64,000 nt of DNA from Halosimplex litoreum (GCF_016065055.1 NZ_CP065856.1:989836-1053835), one strand, 5' to 3'; shown: positions 9,778 through 19,947, numbered from the stretch's first letter. The notes: a model not told the origin generated them from the letters alone. A program made the numbers and translations.

Positions 9778-10575
9778 TCAGGCCACCTGCCAGCCGCCGT
9801 CGACGTGGAGGAGTTCGCCGGTCGTGTAGCCGGCGGCGTCGCTGGCGAGGTAGCAGACCGCGGTCGCCACGTCGTCGGGGACGCCCGCCCGGTCCATCGG
9901 AATCGACTTCAGAAAGCCGCTCTCGCCGCCGCCGGCCGCCGACCGTTTGGCTTCCTCGGTCCACCCGTCGAGGAACTCGGTGGCGATCTGGCCGGGTGCG
10001 ACGGCGTTGACGCGGATCCCCGACTCGGCCAGCTCCAGCGCGGCGCCGCGGGTGAGCATCCGGACGGCGCCCTTGCTCGCGTCGTAGCCAACCTGGCCGT
10101 GCTGGGCCAGCGAGGAGCTGATCGAGGCGGTGTTGACGACCGCGCCGGGCTCGTCGCGGTCGAGCATGTCCGTCGCGGCGACCTGCGTACCGAGGAAGAC
10201 ACCGCGGACGTTGACGCCGAGCATGGCGTCCAGGTCCGCCGCGTCGAGGTCGGTGATCGACCCGCCGCGGAACAGCCCGGCGTTGTTGACCATCACGTCG
10301 ACGCCGCCCAGCTCGCGGGCGGCCGCGACGACGCTCTCGACCTCGCTCCGGTCGCTCACGTCGGTCTCGACGAACTCGGCCTCGCCCCACGAGTCCTCGA
10401 TAGCCTCGTCGGTCGGCGTCTCGGTACTCAGGTCCTTGGGCTCGCGGCGCACGTCGGCGACGACCACGGTCGCGCCGGCCTCGGCGAATTCGAGCGCCGT
10501 AGCGCGGCCGATACCGGAGCTTCCGCCCGTGACGATCACCACTTCGTCGCTGAAGTCGAAGGTCGCAGTTCCCAT
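9778..10575 (-). CDS. SDR family short-chain dehydrogenase/reductase
   Basis: TGGSSGIGRA cofactor motif, NNAG, catalytic YxxxK (YDASKGAV), PG motif; start at MGTATFDFS inside ORF 9778..10779. Confidence 0.85.
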   Translation of the reverse strand: MGTATFDFSDEVVIVTGGSSGIGRATALEFAEAGATVVVADVRREPKDLSTETPTDEAIEDSWGEAEFVETDVSDRSEVESVVAAARELGGVDVMVNNAGLFRGGSITDLDAADLDAMLGVNVRGVFLGTQVAATDMLDRDEPGAVVNTASISSSLAQHGQVGYDASKGAVRMLTRGAALELAESGIRVNAVAPGQIATEFLDGWTEEAKRSAAGGGESGFLKSIPMDRAGVPDDVATAVCYLASDAAGYTTGELLHVDGGWQVA

Positions 10576-10720
10576 GGACCGAGTATCGACCGAGAGCGGC
10601 AAAACCGCACCGGCGGGAGTGGCGCCGGAGAGCGGCGACCGTCCGTCTCGGGGGTCGCGGCCGCACCGACCTGCGAGAATCGCCACAAGGCTCTTTCGGG
10701 AGGCGTCCCCACGGTCGAGT

Positions 10721-10906
10721 ATGCAGGAGGCCTGGATACAGCTCCAGTGTCCGGAATGCGACGAACAGTGGGAAGCCAACCCCGCCGACCTTCACGAACC
10801 CGACGAGGCGTTCGTCTGCAAGGACTGCGGGGAAGAGCGACCGCTCTCGGAGTTCGCCAAGACCGCCCGCGACTTCGAGATATTGGAGGAGTTCCACGGG
10901 GAGTAG
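10721..10906 (+). CDS. small zinc-finger protein (CPxC..CKDCG)
   Basis: 61 aa MQEAWIQLQCPECDEQ..FVCKDCGEE; acidic C-terminal end; lies downstream of the SDR gene on opposite strand. Confidence 0.45.
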   Translation: MQEAWIQLQCPECDEQWEANPADLHEPDEAFVCKDCGEERPLSEFAKTARDFEILEEFHGE

Positions 10907-10922
10907 GGCGAAATTTTCGCCC
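10906..10922 (+). terminator. hairpin GGCGAAA-T-TTTCGCC immediately after stop codon
   Basis: Near-perfect 7-bp stem with T-run directly abutting the TAG of the small zinc-finger gene. Confidence 0.3.
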
Positions 10923-10964
10923 GAACGAAAAGCGACAGTTATCGACCCGCCGAACTGCGACGGG

Positions 10965-11654
10965 ATGCCCGAACTCGACGCGGTGGTGTTCGACCTCGAC
11001 AGCACGCTCTGCGTCTCGACGCAGTCCGACGCGGAGATCCACGAGGCGATCTTCGAGCGCACGGGGATCTCGAAGTTCTTCGAACCGGCCGACCTCCACG
11101 CGGTCGACTGGTCGGCGCTGCCCGAGCCCGACTCCGAGCGCGAGCACTACGAGTACATGTATCGTGCCGTCGCGAAGGAGGTCGGCGCCGACCCGGATCA
11201 CGCCCCAGCACTGGCGGACGCGACGGTCGAGGTGATCGACCCGTCCGCGGTGGCGTTCCGAGAGGGTGCAGCGGACGCGCTCGCTTACGCTCGCGACCGG
11301 TGCGACCTCACCCTGCTCACGAACGGCAGCGAGGACTCCCAGCTCCCGAAGGTCGACCGACTCGGCGTCGGCGACTGCTTCGAGACGGTCGTCTGCTGCG
11401 GGCCGGGCACCGGGATCGAGTCCAAGCCACACCCCGAACCGTTCGAGCGGGCCCTCGACGCGCTCGGGACGGCGCCCGAGCGGACGGCTTACGTCGGCGA
11501 CCGCCACGACGGCGACGTGGTCGGCGCCCACGTCGCGGGGATGCAGTCGGTGTGGGTCCCGACGGGCGTCCCGGGCGAGGACTACCCCGAAGACCCCGAC
11601 CCCGCGCCGACCCACCGACTCGACTCGATGACCGAGCTACCGAGCGTGCTCTGA
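10965..11654 (+). CDS. HAD superfamily hydrolase (subfamily IA)
   Basis: Motif I VVFDLDSTL, motif II LLTNGS, motif III K at KPHPEPF, motif IV YVGDRHDGDVVGA. Confidence 0.8.
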   Translation: MPELDAVVFDLDSTLCVSTQSDAEIHEAIFERTGISKFFEPADLHAVDWSALPEPDSEREHYEYMYRAVAKEVGADPDHAPALADATVEVIDPSAVAFREGAADALAYARDRCDLTLLTNGSEDSQLPKVDRLGVGDCFETVVCCGPGTGIESKPHPEPFERALDALGTAPERTAYVGDRHDGDVVGAHVAGMQSVWVPTGVPGEDYPEDPDPAPTHRLDSMTELPSVL

Positions 11655-12227
11655 GACGGTCCGGGTCCCGTCGCTTCCCCCGACTAGTTCGAACCGGACC
11701 GCGAGCGCCGGCGGCCCCTCGAAGACGAACCGGTAGTCGCCCGCGGGAAGCGGCTCGCAGACGACGAACTTCCCGGTCGAGAACCCGCCCGCGCTCGCGC
11801 GGAACGACCACGCGAGACCCTGTCCCGGATCGTGGACGAGCGCGGTCGCGTTGAACCCCGCCCGTTCCTCGGGGAACAGCGTGACCGTTTTCCAGGCACC
11901 GCCGGCCCGCCGCTGGAGCGCGTAGCGGTTCCGGGTGTCCGTGGTCCGCCGGTCGTCCGCGACGTTCGTCAGTTCGAACGCGATCGGCTCGCCCCGTTCG
12001 ACGACCGACCGGTTCGCGGTCAGTTCGAAGCCGCCCGCGCTCGCCGGGAGCGCACCTGGGGATCCGACGCCCGGCGTCGTTTCGTTCCCCGAACACGCCG
12101 ACAGCGTCTCGACGGGCGGCGAGTTAGCCGCCTCGGCGCCGGCGAACGGTCCGCCAGCGAGACACGCCGGGAGCACGACCATCGCGAGCAGGGCGAGCAG
12201 CGCCAGCGAGCGAGTGCCGCGGTCCAT
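11637..12227 (-). CDS. secreted/lipoprotein-like hypothetical protein
   Basis: N-terminal signal peptide with LAGG/LPAC lipobox-like segment; N-glycosylation sequons; convergent 18-bp overlap with HAD gene. Confidence 0.5.
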   Translation of the reverse strand: MDRGTRSLALLALLAMVVLPACLAGGPFAGAEAANSPPVETLSACSGNETTPGVGSPGALPASAGGFELTANRSVVERGEPIAFELTNVADDRRTTDTRNRYALQRRAGGAWKTVTLFPEERAGFNATALVHDPGQGLAWSFRASAGGFSTGKFVVCEPLPAGDYRFVFEGPPALAVRFELVGGSDGTRTVSEHAR

Positions 12228-12349
12228 ACGTCGACGGAACGGCGCCGCCCACCTGAAAGGGTCCCGGGCTGAAAGCGCGATTTACGCGCCCCGCGGCTTC
12301 AAGGGGGCGTCGTCCCGGCGGATATCGTGCCCGAGGAGGCGACGGAGTC

Positions 12350-12939
12350 GTGAGCATCTTCCCGCTGCGGTCGGAGCCCGACGTGGACGACCGGGAGCCG
12401 AAACTGGTGGACCTCGCGGAGGCCGACGCCGAGGCGGTGTTCGACGCGCTCGGGTCCGAGACCGCCCGCTCGCCGTTGCTCGAACTCCACGAGGAGCCGC
12501 GACCGGCCTCGAACTCGCCGAGGCGGTCGACACGACGGTCCAGAACGTCCAGTACCACCTGACGAAGCTCGTCGCGGCCGACCTCGTCGAGGCGGTCGAC
12601 ACGTGGTACTCCGACAGCGGGTCGGAGATGACCGTCTACGCGCCCGCCGACGAGTCGCTCGTGCCGTTCGCCGGCGAGGAGCCCGAGTCGTCGCTGCGCC
12701 GGCTGGTCGAGCGACTGGTGGGCGTGGTAGGGGTGCTGGCTGTCGGTGGGGTCGCCGTCGCGCTCGCCGTGAGCGGGCGTGGCGGACCGGAACGAGTGTC
12801 CGGCAACGCGACGACGGATCTGAGTGCGCCGGTCGCGGACTCGGTCGGAGCGGGAACCGACCCGGTCGTCGCCGCGAGCGCTTTCGTCGCCGGTGGACTC
12901 GTCGCGCTCGCTGCGCTGTTCGTCGTCGAAGGGCCGTAG
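12350..12939 (+). pseudogene. frameshifted wHTH transcription regulator with C-terminal TM anchor (ArsR-like family with VQYHL and VDTWYS motifs)
   Basis: N-terminal part in frame 2 (..SPLLELHEEP, 12350..12499) continues in frame 1 (ATGLELAEAVDTTVQNVQYHLTKLVAADLVEAVDTWYSDSGSEMTVYAP...) - one base missing near 12499. Confidence 0.6.
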
Positions 12940-12968
12940 AACCGCGTGGTCGAACGCGGCCGAACCGC

Positions 12969-13775
12969 TCAGGCCTCGACGGGGAGGCCCGCGCGCTCGG
13001 CGGCCTCGTCGGCCGAAGCGTCGTCGTGGAGGACGGCGGCGATGGCGCGGGTGATGGCTTCGGGGTCGTCGTGCTGGAAGATCGACCGACCCATCGAGAC
13101 GCCGTCCGCGCCTGCGTCGACCGCGCCGCGGACCATCGAGAGGGTTTCCCGGTCCGTGCCCTTCGAGCCGCCGGCGATGACGACCGGGAGGGCGGTCGAC
13201 TCGACGACACGGCCGAAGGTGTCCGCGCTCCCGCTGTAGGCGGTCTTGACCACGTCGGCGCCCAGTTCCTCGGCGAGCCGGACGGCGTGACCCAGGTCCT
13301 CAGCGAACAGCTCGGGGTCGTCGTCGCGTACGTCGTGGCCGCGGGCGTAGGCCATCGCGAGCGTTGGCAGGCCGTAGCGCTCGGCCACGCTGGTGACTTC
13401 GGCGAGCTGGGATATCTGGTCGGGCTCGTGTTCGCTGCCGACGTTGATGTGGAATGAGACGGCGTCGGCGCCGGCGCGGATCGCGTCTTCGACGGTACCG
13501 GTCGTGCGCTTGTCGCTCTCGTCGGGACCGATGCTCGTCGAGCCGTTGAGGTGGGCGATGTACCCCGCGTCGTTCTTGTTGGGGTGGACGCGGTCGGCGA
13601 CGCCGCGCTGGGTGAGCACGGCGTCGGCGCCGCCGCGCGTGACGGCGTCGACCGTCGATTCGATGTCGACGAGGCCTTTGACGGCCCCCAGTGTGATCCC
13701 GTGGTCCATCGGGACGATCAGGTGCCGGCCCGCTGTCCCGATGCGGGCCAGGCGCGCGTCTTTCCCTGCGGTCAT
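12969..13775 (-). CDS. aroA': 2-amino-3,7-dideoxy-D-threo-hept-6-ulosonate (ADH) synthase, class I aldolase (DhnA) family
   Basis: 268 aa; DhnA-type aldolase fold with Schiff-base Lys region VVKTAYSG; genomic association with aroB', aroD and trpCBA. Confidence 0.8.
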   Translation of the reverse strand: MTAGKDARLARIGTAGRHLIVPMDHGITLGAVKGLVDIESTVDAVTRGGADAVLTQRGVADRVHPNKNDAGYIAHLNGSTSIGPDESDKRTTGTVEDAIRAGADAVSFHINVGSEHEPDQISQLAEVTSVAERYGLPTLAMAYARGHDVRDDDPELFAEDLGHAVRLAEELGADVVKTAYSGSADTFGRVVESTALPVVIAGGSKGTDRETLSMVRGAVDAGADGVSMGRSIFQHDDPEAITRAIAAVLHDDASADEAAERAGLPVEA

Positions 13776-13844
13776 GTTGTGTGAGGGTGTGGCAAGTACG
13801 GTTATGTGCGTTCCGGTTGCGGACGGTACTGCGAGTCGGACGGA

Positions 13845-14687
13845 TCAGTCCGAGCGCTCGGCGGCGGCCAGCTCCCCGCCCGCGAGCGCGCCCCCCTTGA
13901 GTTCGCGGGCCTTCGATTCGAGCCGTTCGGCCGTCTCGGCGACCGACCGGTCGCTCTCGGCCCCCTCGGCGACGATGTCGACCAGCGCCGACCCGACGAT
14001 GATCCCGTCGGCACCGGCGGAGACGATGCGCTCGGCGTGTTCACCGGTCTTGATACCGAAGCCGACGGCCTTGGGCACGTCCCAGTCGTCGACCCGAGCC
14101 AGCGACTCCTCGGTCTGGTCGGAGACGTCGTCGCGCGCGCCGGTCACGCCGAGTCGCGCCTGCACGTAGACGTACCCCGAGACGTTCTCCTGCATCCGCT
14201 CTAAGCGTTCGCCCTTCGTCGTCGGCGCGATGATGAACACCAGATCCTGGCCGAACTCGTCGCAGGCCGCTCGGAGCGGTCCGGCCTCCTCGGCGGGGAG
14301 GTCGACGACGACGAACCCCTCGATACCGACCTCGTCCGCTCGCTGCGCGAACGCGCGCGGTCCCGTCTCGCCGGTCTCGGGGTGTGTGTACTGGGCGATC
14401 AGGTTGTAGTAGGTCATGCACACGAGCGGCACCTCCACGTCCAGCTCCTCGACGAACTCGAAGTACCGGTCGGGCGTCATCCCGCCCTCCAGCGAGCGGA
14501 CGACCGCTTCCTGAATCGTCGACCCCTCGGCGATCGGTTCCGAGAAGGGCAGACCGAGTTCGATCACGTCCGCGCCGCCGCGTTCGAGGGCTTCGACGTA
14601 CTCGAGGGACTCCTCGTAGGTCGGGTCGCCCGCGGCGACGTAGGGGACGAACGCCGGCTCGTCGGCGAAGACGCGTTCGAGCGCCAT
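13845..14687 (-). CDS. trpA: tryptophan synthase alpha subunit
   Basis: 280 aa; conserved [19 protein letters not shown] motifs; 4-bp from trpB stop. Confidence 0.9.
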   Translation of the reverse strand: MALERVFADEPAFVPYVAAGDPTYEESLEYVEALERGGADVIELGLPFSEPIAEGSTIQEAVVRSLEGGMTPDRYFEFVEELDVEVPLVCMTYYNLIAQYTHPETGETGPRAFAQRADEVGIEGFVVVDLPAEEAGPLRAACDEFGQDLVFIIAPTTKGERLERMQENVSGYVYVQARLGVTGARDDVSDQTEESLARVDDWDVPKAVGFGIKTGEHAERIVSAGADGIIVGSALVDIVAEGAESDRSVAETAERLESKARELKGGALAGGELAAAERSD

Positions 14688-15941
14688 CTACATCCCCCCT
14701 CCACCCGCCGCGTCGCGAAGCACCGACATGTCCGGCGCCACGTCGAGGTCGCGCTTCTCGGTCTCTTCCAGGACGGTTTCGAGGTCCTTGTCGCCGCGAC
14801 CGGAGACGTTGACCACCACGAGGTCGCCCAGTTCCTCGTGGTGCTGTTCGAGGTAGCCGAACGCGTGGGCGGTCTCCAGCGCCGGGATGACGCCCTCGTC
14901 CTGGGAGAGCCGGTGGAACGCTTCGAGGGCGGTGTCGTCGTCGACGTTGACCGCGTCGACCCGGTCCTGGTCGACGAGGTGGGCGAGTTCGGGACCGACG
15001 CCCGCGTAGTCCAGCCCCGCCGAAACCGAATGGGACTCCATGATCTGTCCGTGCGAGTCCTGCAGGAGCTTCGTGCGCGCGCCGTGGAGGACACCCTCTT
15101 CGCCGGTCGACAGCGACGCGGAGTTGGGCGCGACGCCTTCCTCCTCGTCCACGGAGAGCGACGAGCCGCCCGCCTCGACGGCGTACAGTCCGACCTCGTC
15201 GTCGCCGACGAAGTGGTGGAAGGTCCCCATCGTGTTCGACCCGCCGCCGGCGCACGCCAGCACCGAGTCCGGCAGGCGCCCGGCCTTCTCCCGGACCTGC
15301 TCGCGGGCCTCCTCGGAGATGACGGACTGGAAGTCCCGGACCATCCGCGGGAAGGGTGCGGGACCCACCACGCTCCCGATGACGTAGTGGGTGGTCTCGA
15401 CGGTGGTGGCCCAGTCGCGCATCGTCTCGGAGATGGCTTCTTTGAGCGTCCCGCGGCCGGTCGTCACCGGCGTGATCTCGGCGCCGTTGATCTTCATCCG
15501 GAAGACGTTGGGCCGCTGGCGCCGGATGTCCGTCTCGCCCATGTAGACCTCACAGGGCATGTCCAGATGCGCGGCGGCCATCGCCGTCGCCGTCCCGTGC
15601 TGGCCGGCGCCCGTCTCCGCGACGATCCGCTCTTTGCCCATGTACTTCGCCAGTAGCACCTGTCCGAGGGCGTTGTTGAGCTTGTGCGCGCCGCCGTGGA
15701 GCAGGTCCTCGCGCTTGAGGTACACCTCGGTGTCGTACCGGTCCGAGAGCGCGTCGGCTCGCTGGAGCGGCAGGGGCCGCCCGCCGAAGTCCGCCAGTCG
15801 ACGCCTGAACTCGTCCATGAATCCGTCTTCGTTGTCGAGAACGTACCGCTCGTAGGCGTCGGTCAACTCTTCGATCGCCGGCATCAACGACTCCGGCACG
15901 AACTGTCCGCCGTACTCGCCGAACATCTTGTCTGTGCTCAT
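14688..15941 (-). CDS. trpB: tryptophan synthase beta subunit
   Basis: 417 aa; PLP-lysine region [21 protein letters not shown]-type motif (GGGSNTMG). Confidence 0.9.
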   Translation of the reverse strand: MSTDKMFGEYGGQFVPESLMPAIEELTDAYERYVLDNEDGFMDEFRRRLADFGGRPLPLQRADALSDRYDTEVYLKREDLLHGGAHKLNNALGQVLLAKYMGKERIVAETGAGQHGTATAMAAAHLDMPCEVYMGETDIRRQRPNVFRMKINGAEITPVTTGRGTLKEAISETMRDWATTVETTHYVIGSVVGPAPFPRMVRDFQSVISEEAREQVREKAGRLPDSVLACAGGGSNTMGTFHHFVGDDEVGLYAVEAGGSSLSVDEEEGVAPNSASLSTGEEGVLHGARTKLLQDSHGQIMESHSVSAGLDYAGVGPELAHLVDQDRVDAVNVDDDTALEAFHRLSQDEGVIPALETAHAFGYLEQHHEELGDLVVVNVSGRGDKDLETVLEETEKRDLDVAPDMSVLRDAAGGGGM

Positions 15942-16774
15942 TGGTGTGTCTCCGTCTCCGCGTCCGCTGTCGCGTCCGATTCCGCCGCCACGAGCCGTCG
16001 GGTGTTGGCTTCCACGTCGCCGCCGCCCGCGGCGTCCATGATCGCCGATCCCACCAGCAGGGCGTCGGCGCCCGCCGCGCGCATCGCCAGTGCGTCGTTC
16101 GTCGTCGCTATGCCGCTCTCCGCAATCAGGGTGACGTTTTCCGACACGTCGGAGGCGACCGCCTCGAACGTCCCGAGGTCGACCTCGAGCTTCGCCAGGT
16201 CGCGGTTGTTCACCCCGACGATCCCGGCACCCGCGTCGAGCGCCCGCTCGACCCCCCCAGCGGTGTGGGCCTCGACGAGCACCTGGAAGCCCCGCTCACG
16301 CGCCGCCGAGAGCAGGTCTGCCAGGTCGTCGGTCCCGTCCTCGTCGAGAAAGCGGACGATCAGCAAGAGGACGTCCGCCTCGGCGGCGTCGAGTTGGGCC
16401 TCGCGCACGACGAAGTCCTTCCGAAGCACCGGCACGTCGACCGCCGCGCGGATCCGTTCGAGCGCGTCGGTCGACCCGCCGAAGTGCTCGGGCTCGGTCA
16501 GCACCGACAGCGCCGCCGCGCCGCCCGCGACCATCGACTCGGCCAGTTCGACCGGGTCGTCGTCGCGCTCGCCCTCCGTCGTCGGACTCGTCGGCTTGAC
16601 CTCTGCTATCAGTGGGACGCGCCCGTCGGCCTCGGCGGCCTCGAACGCCTCCGGCAGCGAGCGAGCGTCCACCCCGACGCGCTCGCCGCCCTCGCGCTCG
16701 CGTGCCGTCGCGCGCTCTCTGGCCGCGTCGAGTATCGACCGCACTTTCGGTGCGATATCTTCACCAGTACTCAT
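15938..16774 (-). CDS. trpC: indole-3-glycerol-phosphate synthase
   Basis: 278 aa; [20 protein letters not shown] motifs; start overlaps trpB stop by 4 nt (operon trpCBA). Confidence 0.9.
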   Translation of the reverse strand: MSTGEDIAPKVRSILDAARERATAREREGGERVGVDARSLPEAFEAAEADGRVPLIAEVKPTSPTTEGERDDDPVELAESMVAGGAAALSVLTEPEHFGGSTDALERIRAAVDVPVLRKDFVVREAQLDAAEADVLLLIVRFLDEDGTDDLADLLSAARERGFQVLVEAHTAGGVERALDAGAGIVGVNNRDLAKLEVDLGTFEAVASDVSENVTLIAESGIATTNDALAMRAAGADALLVGSAIMDAAGGGDVEANTRRLVAAESDATADAETETHQ

Positions 16775-16798
16775 TACTGTCCACTAACGGACAGAGTT
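16775..16798 (-). promoter_or_regulatory. operator-like palindrome CTGTCC-N6-GGACAG between TATA-like box and trpC start codon
   Basis: Perfect 6-bp inverted repeat directly abutting the trpC ATG, with AT-rich TTATGTCAA-like box about 30 nt upstream (leaderless-type promoter geometry). Confidence 0.3.
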
Positions 16799-16908
16799 GT
16801 ACATAAGGTTTGCGTCACAGTGGCGCGGTCGACCGGTGGTGTGACGGGGCCACGCCGCTTCCGCGACCGGAAGGTTCTCCGCGCGACACGCCGATCCGGG
16901 AGACAACC

Positions 16909-17889
16909 ATGACAGATCCCGACGGCTACCTCGGCGACGAGGACCGACGCGCTGTCGCGGGCCGGGCGACCGCGGACGACCCGGTGCCGGTCGTGCTCGC
17001 GACGGACATCGGCACCGACGTGGACGACACGTGGGCGCTCGCACAGCTCCTGCGGACGCCCCAGCTCGACTGTCGACTCGTGTTGACCGAGACCGGCGAC
17101 CCGACCTATCGCGCCAGCGTCGCCGCGAAACTGCTGGAGCGAGCCGACCGGACCGACGTGCCGATCGGTCTCGGCCCCGACGGCCGCGAGATGGACGCGG
17201 CCGAGCGAAATCAGGCGCCGTGGGTCGACGAGTACGACCTCGACGGCTATCCCGGGACCGTCCGCGACGGTGGCGTCGAGGCGTTCACCGAGGTAGTGAA
17301 CCGGGCGGACGACCCCGTCACCGTCGTCTCCATCGGTCCGACGCCGACGCTCGCGACGGTCGTCGAGCGCCACCCCGAGATCGCACGGGAGTGTCGGTTC
17401 GTCGGGATGCACGGCAGTTTCTACGAGGGCTACGACGGCGGCGAGCCCGACGCCGAGACGAACGTCCGCGTCGACCCTCCGGCGTTCCGGACCGTCCTCG
17501 CGGCGCCCTGGCGCGACGTGCTCCTGACGCCGCTGGACACCTGCGGGCACGTGACTCTGGACGGCGGGCGCTACCACCGCGTCTGGTCGGCGACCGACGA
17601 CCCGCTCGTCCGGGGCGTCGTCGAGAACAACTGCGTCTTCGCCACGCGCGTGTCGTGGATGCCCTACGACGACTTCACTCGTCGCTCCTCGACGCTGTTC
17701 GACTGTGTCGCCGTCTACCTGGCACACGACGAGTCGCTCGTCGAGACCGAGTCGCTGCGGTTCGACGTGACCGACGACGGAGTCACCGAGCCCAGTTCCG
17801 ACGGGGAGTTCGAAGCCCGGGTCGCCCTCGAGTGGGGCGACCGTGACGCCTTCGAGGCGTCCCTGGCCGAGCGACTGCTGACGAGGTAG
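16909..17889 (+). CDS. nucleoside hydrolase (IUNH family)
   Basis: N-terminal aspartate cluster DIGTDVDDTWAL; about 326 aa; start at MTDPDG inside ORF 16810..17889. Confidence 0.65.
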   Translation: MTDPDGYLGDEDRRAVAGRATADDPVPVVLATDIGTDVDDTWALAQLLRTPQLDCRLVLTETGDPTYRASVAAKLLERADRTDVPIGLGPDGREMDAAERNQAPWVDEYDLDGYPGTVRDGGVEAFTEVVNRADDPVTVVSIGPTPTLATVVERHPEIARECRFVGMHGSFYEGYDGGEPDAETNVRVDPPAFRTVLAAPWRDVLLTPLDTCGHVTLDGGRYHRVWSATDDPLVRGVVENNCVFATRVSWMPYDDFTRRSSTLFDCVAVYLAHDESLVETESLRFDVTDDGVTEPSSDGEFEARVALEWGDRDAFEASLAERLLTR

Positions 17890-17961
17890 TCGCCGTCGCC
17901 GTCGGCACGTTCACGACCGGTGTGGCATCTCGATCGCCCGGTCCCTGGAGCGACGATCTCG

Positions 17962-18300
17962 TCAGAAGAAGCTCCCGAGGACGACCATGTAGAGGATCAC
18001 GGTCGCGGCGTAGGTGACTCCCAGCGCGACGACGGCCTTGGCGTGGAACAGCCACAGGTCGTCGCGTTCGGTCTCCAGGGCGGCCTCGTAGCGTTCCCGC
18101 TCGGCCGGCGTCGGATCGTGGCGCTCGCCGACGTGGAGGTCCCGCGCGTGTTCGCTCCGGAACGGGTGCCCGCAGTGGGGACAGGTCGCCGCGGGCTCTT
18201 CGTCGGCCGGCACCGTGGTGTCGCGGCTCGGACGAAAGGTGGGCGCGCGATCGACACGCCGTGACGCGGTCGTCTCGGTGTGTCTGGTCTCGCTGGCCAT
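17962..18300 (-). CDS. C2H2 zinc-finger protein with C-terminal TM helix
   Basis: CPHCGHPF..HARDLHVGERH (C2H2) followed by hydrophobic helix AVVALGVTYAATVILYMVVLG; 4 nt downstream of the large membrane protein gene. Confidence 0.5.
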   Translation of the reverse strand: MASETRHTETTASRRVDRAPTFRPSRDTTVPADEEPAATCPHCGHPFRSEHARDLHVGERHDPTPAERERYEAALETERDDLWLFHAKAVVALGVTYAATVILYMVVLGSFF

Positions 18301-18304
18301 GGTC

Positions 18305-19783
18305 TCAGACGAACGGCGGCGGTCCGTACGGTTGTGTGATAATCCATAGGGACGTCATCGTGTAAAAGACCATCACCACCACGGAGGGGTACTGGCTCCG
18401 GATGGCCGCCAACACGCCGGGGAACAGCTCGAAGGCCAGCGAATGCGCGACCCAGATAGCCAGCACGTGCCCGACGAGGACGAAGAGTAGTTTCGCGGAG
18501 CCGAACCAGCCCGGCAGGACGAGCGCGAGCGGCGCGGCCGGCGGGGCGAACGGGCTCGTCACGACGGCGGCGAGTGCGGGCACGAGCCCGAGGAAGTAGC
18601 CGAGGAAGTGCGCGAGGTGGTAGCCGGCGGCGATGGGCAACAGCGCGGGCGCGAACCACCGCTCGATGGCCCGGGCGGTGACGTAGGTGTCGGCGGTCTC
18701 CCGCACCCGCCGCGCTGCCAGCCGGTAGACGCCGAGAAAGAGGCCGAACCCGACGAGGAGGGCGCCAGCGTAGACGGCGAGTGCAGGGACGCCCGCTTCG
18801 ACGACAGGTTCGACCGCGGCCGCCCACGTCGGCGTCGCGACGAGCCCGTCGTAGGTCGTCACCCACAGCAGCGCGACGACGAACGCGACCTCACCGGGCC
18901 GGTCCGGCAGAGGATCCTCCGTCGGCGCAGTCCCCGGGATCCGAAGCGAAAGCGAGCCGTCGGCGCCGTACTGGATCGGTGCGAGCCGTCCGTAGGCGGC
19001 GAAGACGCGGCTGATCGGGTCGACCCGGTCGAACCACGCCGTCCCCACGAGCAGCGATCCGGCGACGGCCACCAGCGTGTACGTCAGGACGACCCCGGCG
19101 AGCAGTCGCGGGTTCTCCCCGACCGGACTGACGACCTCCAGCCAGACGAGCGCGAGCAGGCCGACGACAGCCGGCCAGACGCCCCACGACACCGGGACAG
19201 AGACGCCGGCGACGAGCGGGTCGGCCTCGCCTTCCGCACCGCCGTCACGTGCAGCGTCGCCGTCGCCGCCAGCGCGTCGACGCTCGCGGATCCACCGGAG
19301 CGCCGAAAGCGGCGCGCGCCAGGGGTTCAGCGCCGGCCAAGAGTTGCCGACGAGATACGTCGTGGCAGTGTAGCCCGCCCACCAGCCGACCCAGACGACC
19401 AACAGCGCGAAGTTTCGGACGCCCTCCTGAGGACCGACGAACCCGGTCACCAGCACGATCAGAAGGACGCTCACCGAAAGTGCGCGGACGAGCGGACCCA
19501 TCGCCCGACGGAGTCGCGTCGGCGTCGGGACGACCAAGCGCCACCAGTTCACCCCGCGCATCGCGTCGTGGTCCGTGAGCAGCGTCGTAAAGAGGAAGGA
19601 ACCGCCGACGACGACACCACCGGTGAGGACCGTCAGCCACGTCGGGACCGTCGCCGAGGCGACCGACCCGCCCAGCGACCCCGAGTGCGCGGCGGCGCGA
19701 CCGGCGAGCGCGAGGAGCGCGACGGCCGCCGCGACGAACTCACCCAGCGCTCGTTCGCCCCGACTCGGTCGGTTTCCCGTCAT
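18305..19783 (-). CDS. polytopic integral membrane protein of unknown function
   Basis: 492 aa, about 10-12 TM helices, signal-like N-terminus, Pro/Trp-rich loops; no recognisable catalytic motif. Confidence 0.6.
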   Translation of the reverse strand: MTGNRPSRGERALGEFVAAAVALLALAGRAAAHSGSLGGSVASATVPTWLTVLTGGVVVGGSFLFTTLLTDHDAMRGVNWWRLVVPTPTRLRRAMGPLVRALSVSVLLIVLVTGFVGPQEGVRNFALLVVWVGWWAGYTATTYLVGNSWPALNPWRAPLSALRWIRERRRAGGDGDAARDGGAEGEADPLVAGVSVPVSWGVWPAVVGLLALVWLEVVSPVGENPRLLAGVVLTYTLVAVAGSLLVGTAWFDRVDPISRVFAAYGRLAPIQYGADGSLSLRIPGTAPTEDPLPDRPGEVAFVVALLWVTTYDGLVATPTWAAAVEPVVEAGVPALAVYAGALLVGFGLFLGVYRLAARRVRETADTYVTARAIERWFAPALLPIAAGYHLAHFLGYFLGLVPALAAVVTSPFAPPAAPLALVLPGWFGSAKLLFVLVGHVLAIWVAHSLAFELFPGVLAAIRSQYPSVVVMVFYTMTSLWIITQPYGPPPFV

Positions 19784-19947
19784 GCGTTGCCCACCCTTCC
19801 GACCCGAGCCTGTTAATTACTACCGTGGATCGGGCGTTCGATCGGAGACCGGACGGCGACTGCTGGGGCCGCGGTTCGTCGCGCGACTCCGCTGGCTCTC
19901 GCACAGGAGAACGCGGCGCTTTTTGCGGTCGACGCCCAAGGGCAGTC

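Noticed and set aside
11637-11654. 18-bp overlap between HAD hydrolase and secreted-protein genes
   Set aside because: This is a convergent 3'-3' overlap, common in compact genomes. It is not a frameshift or fusion.
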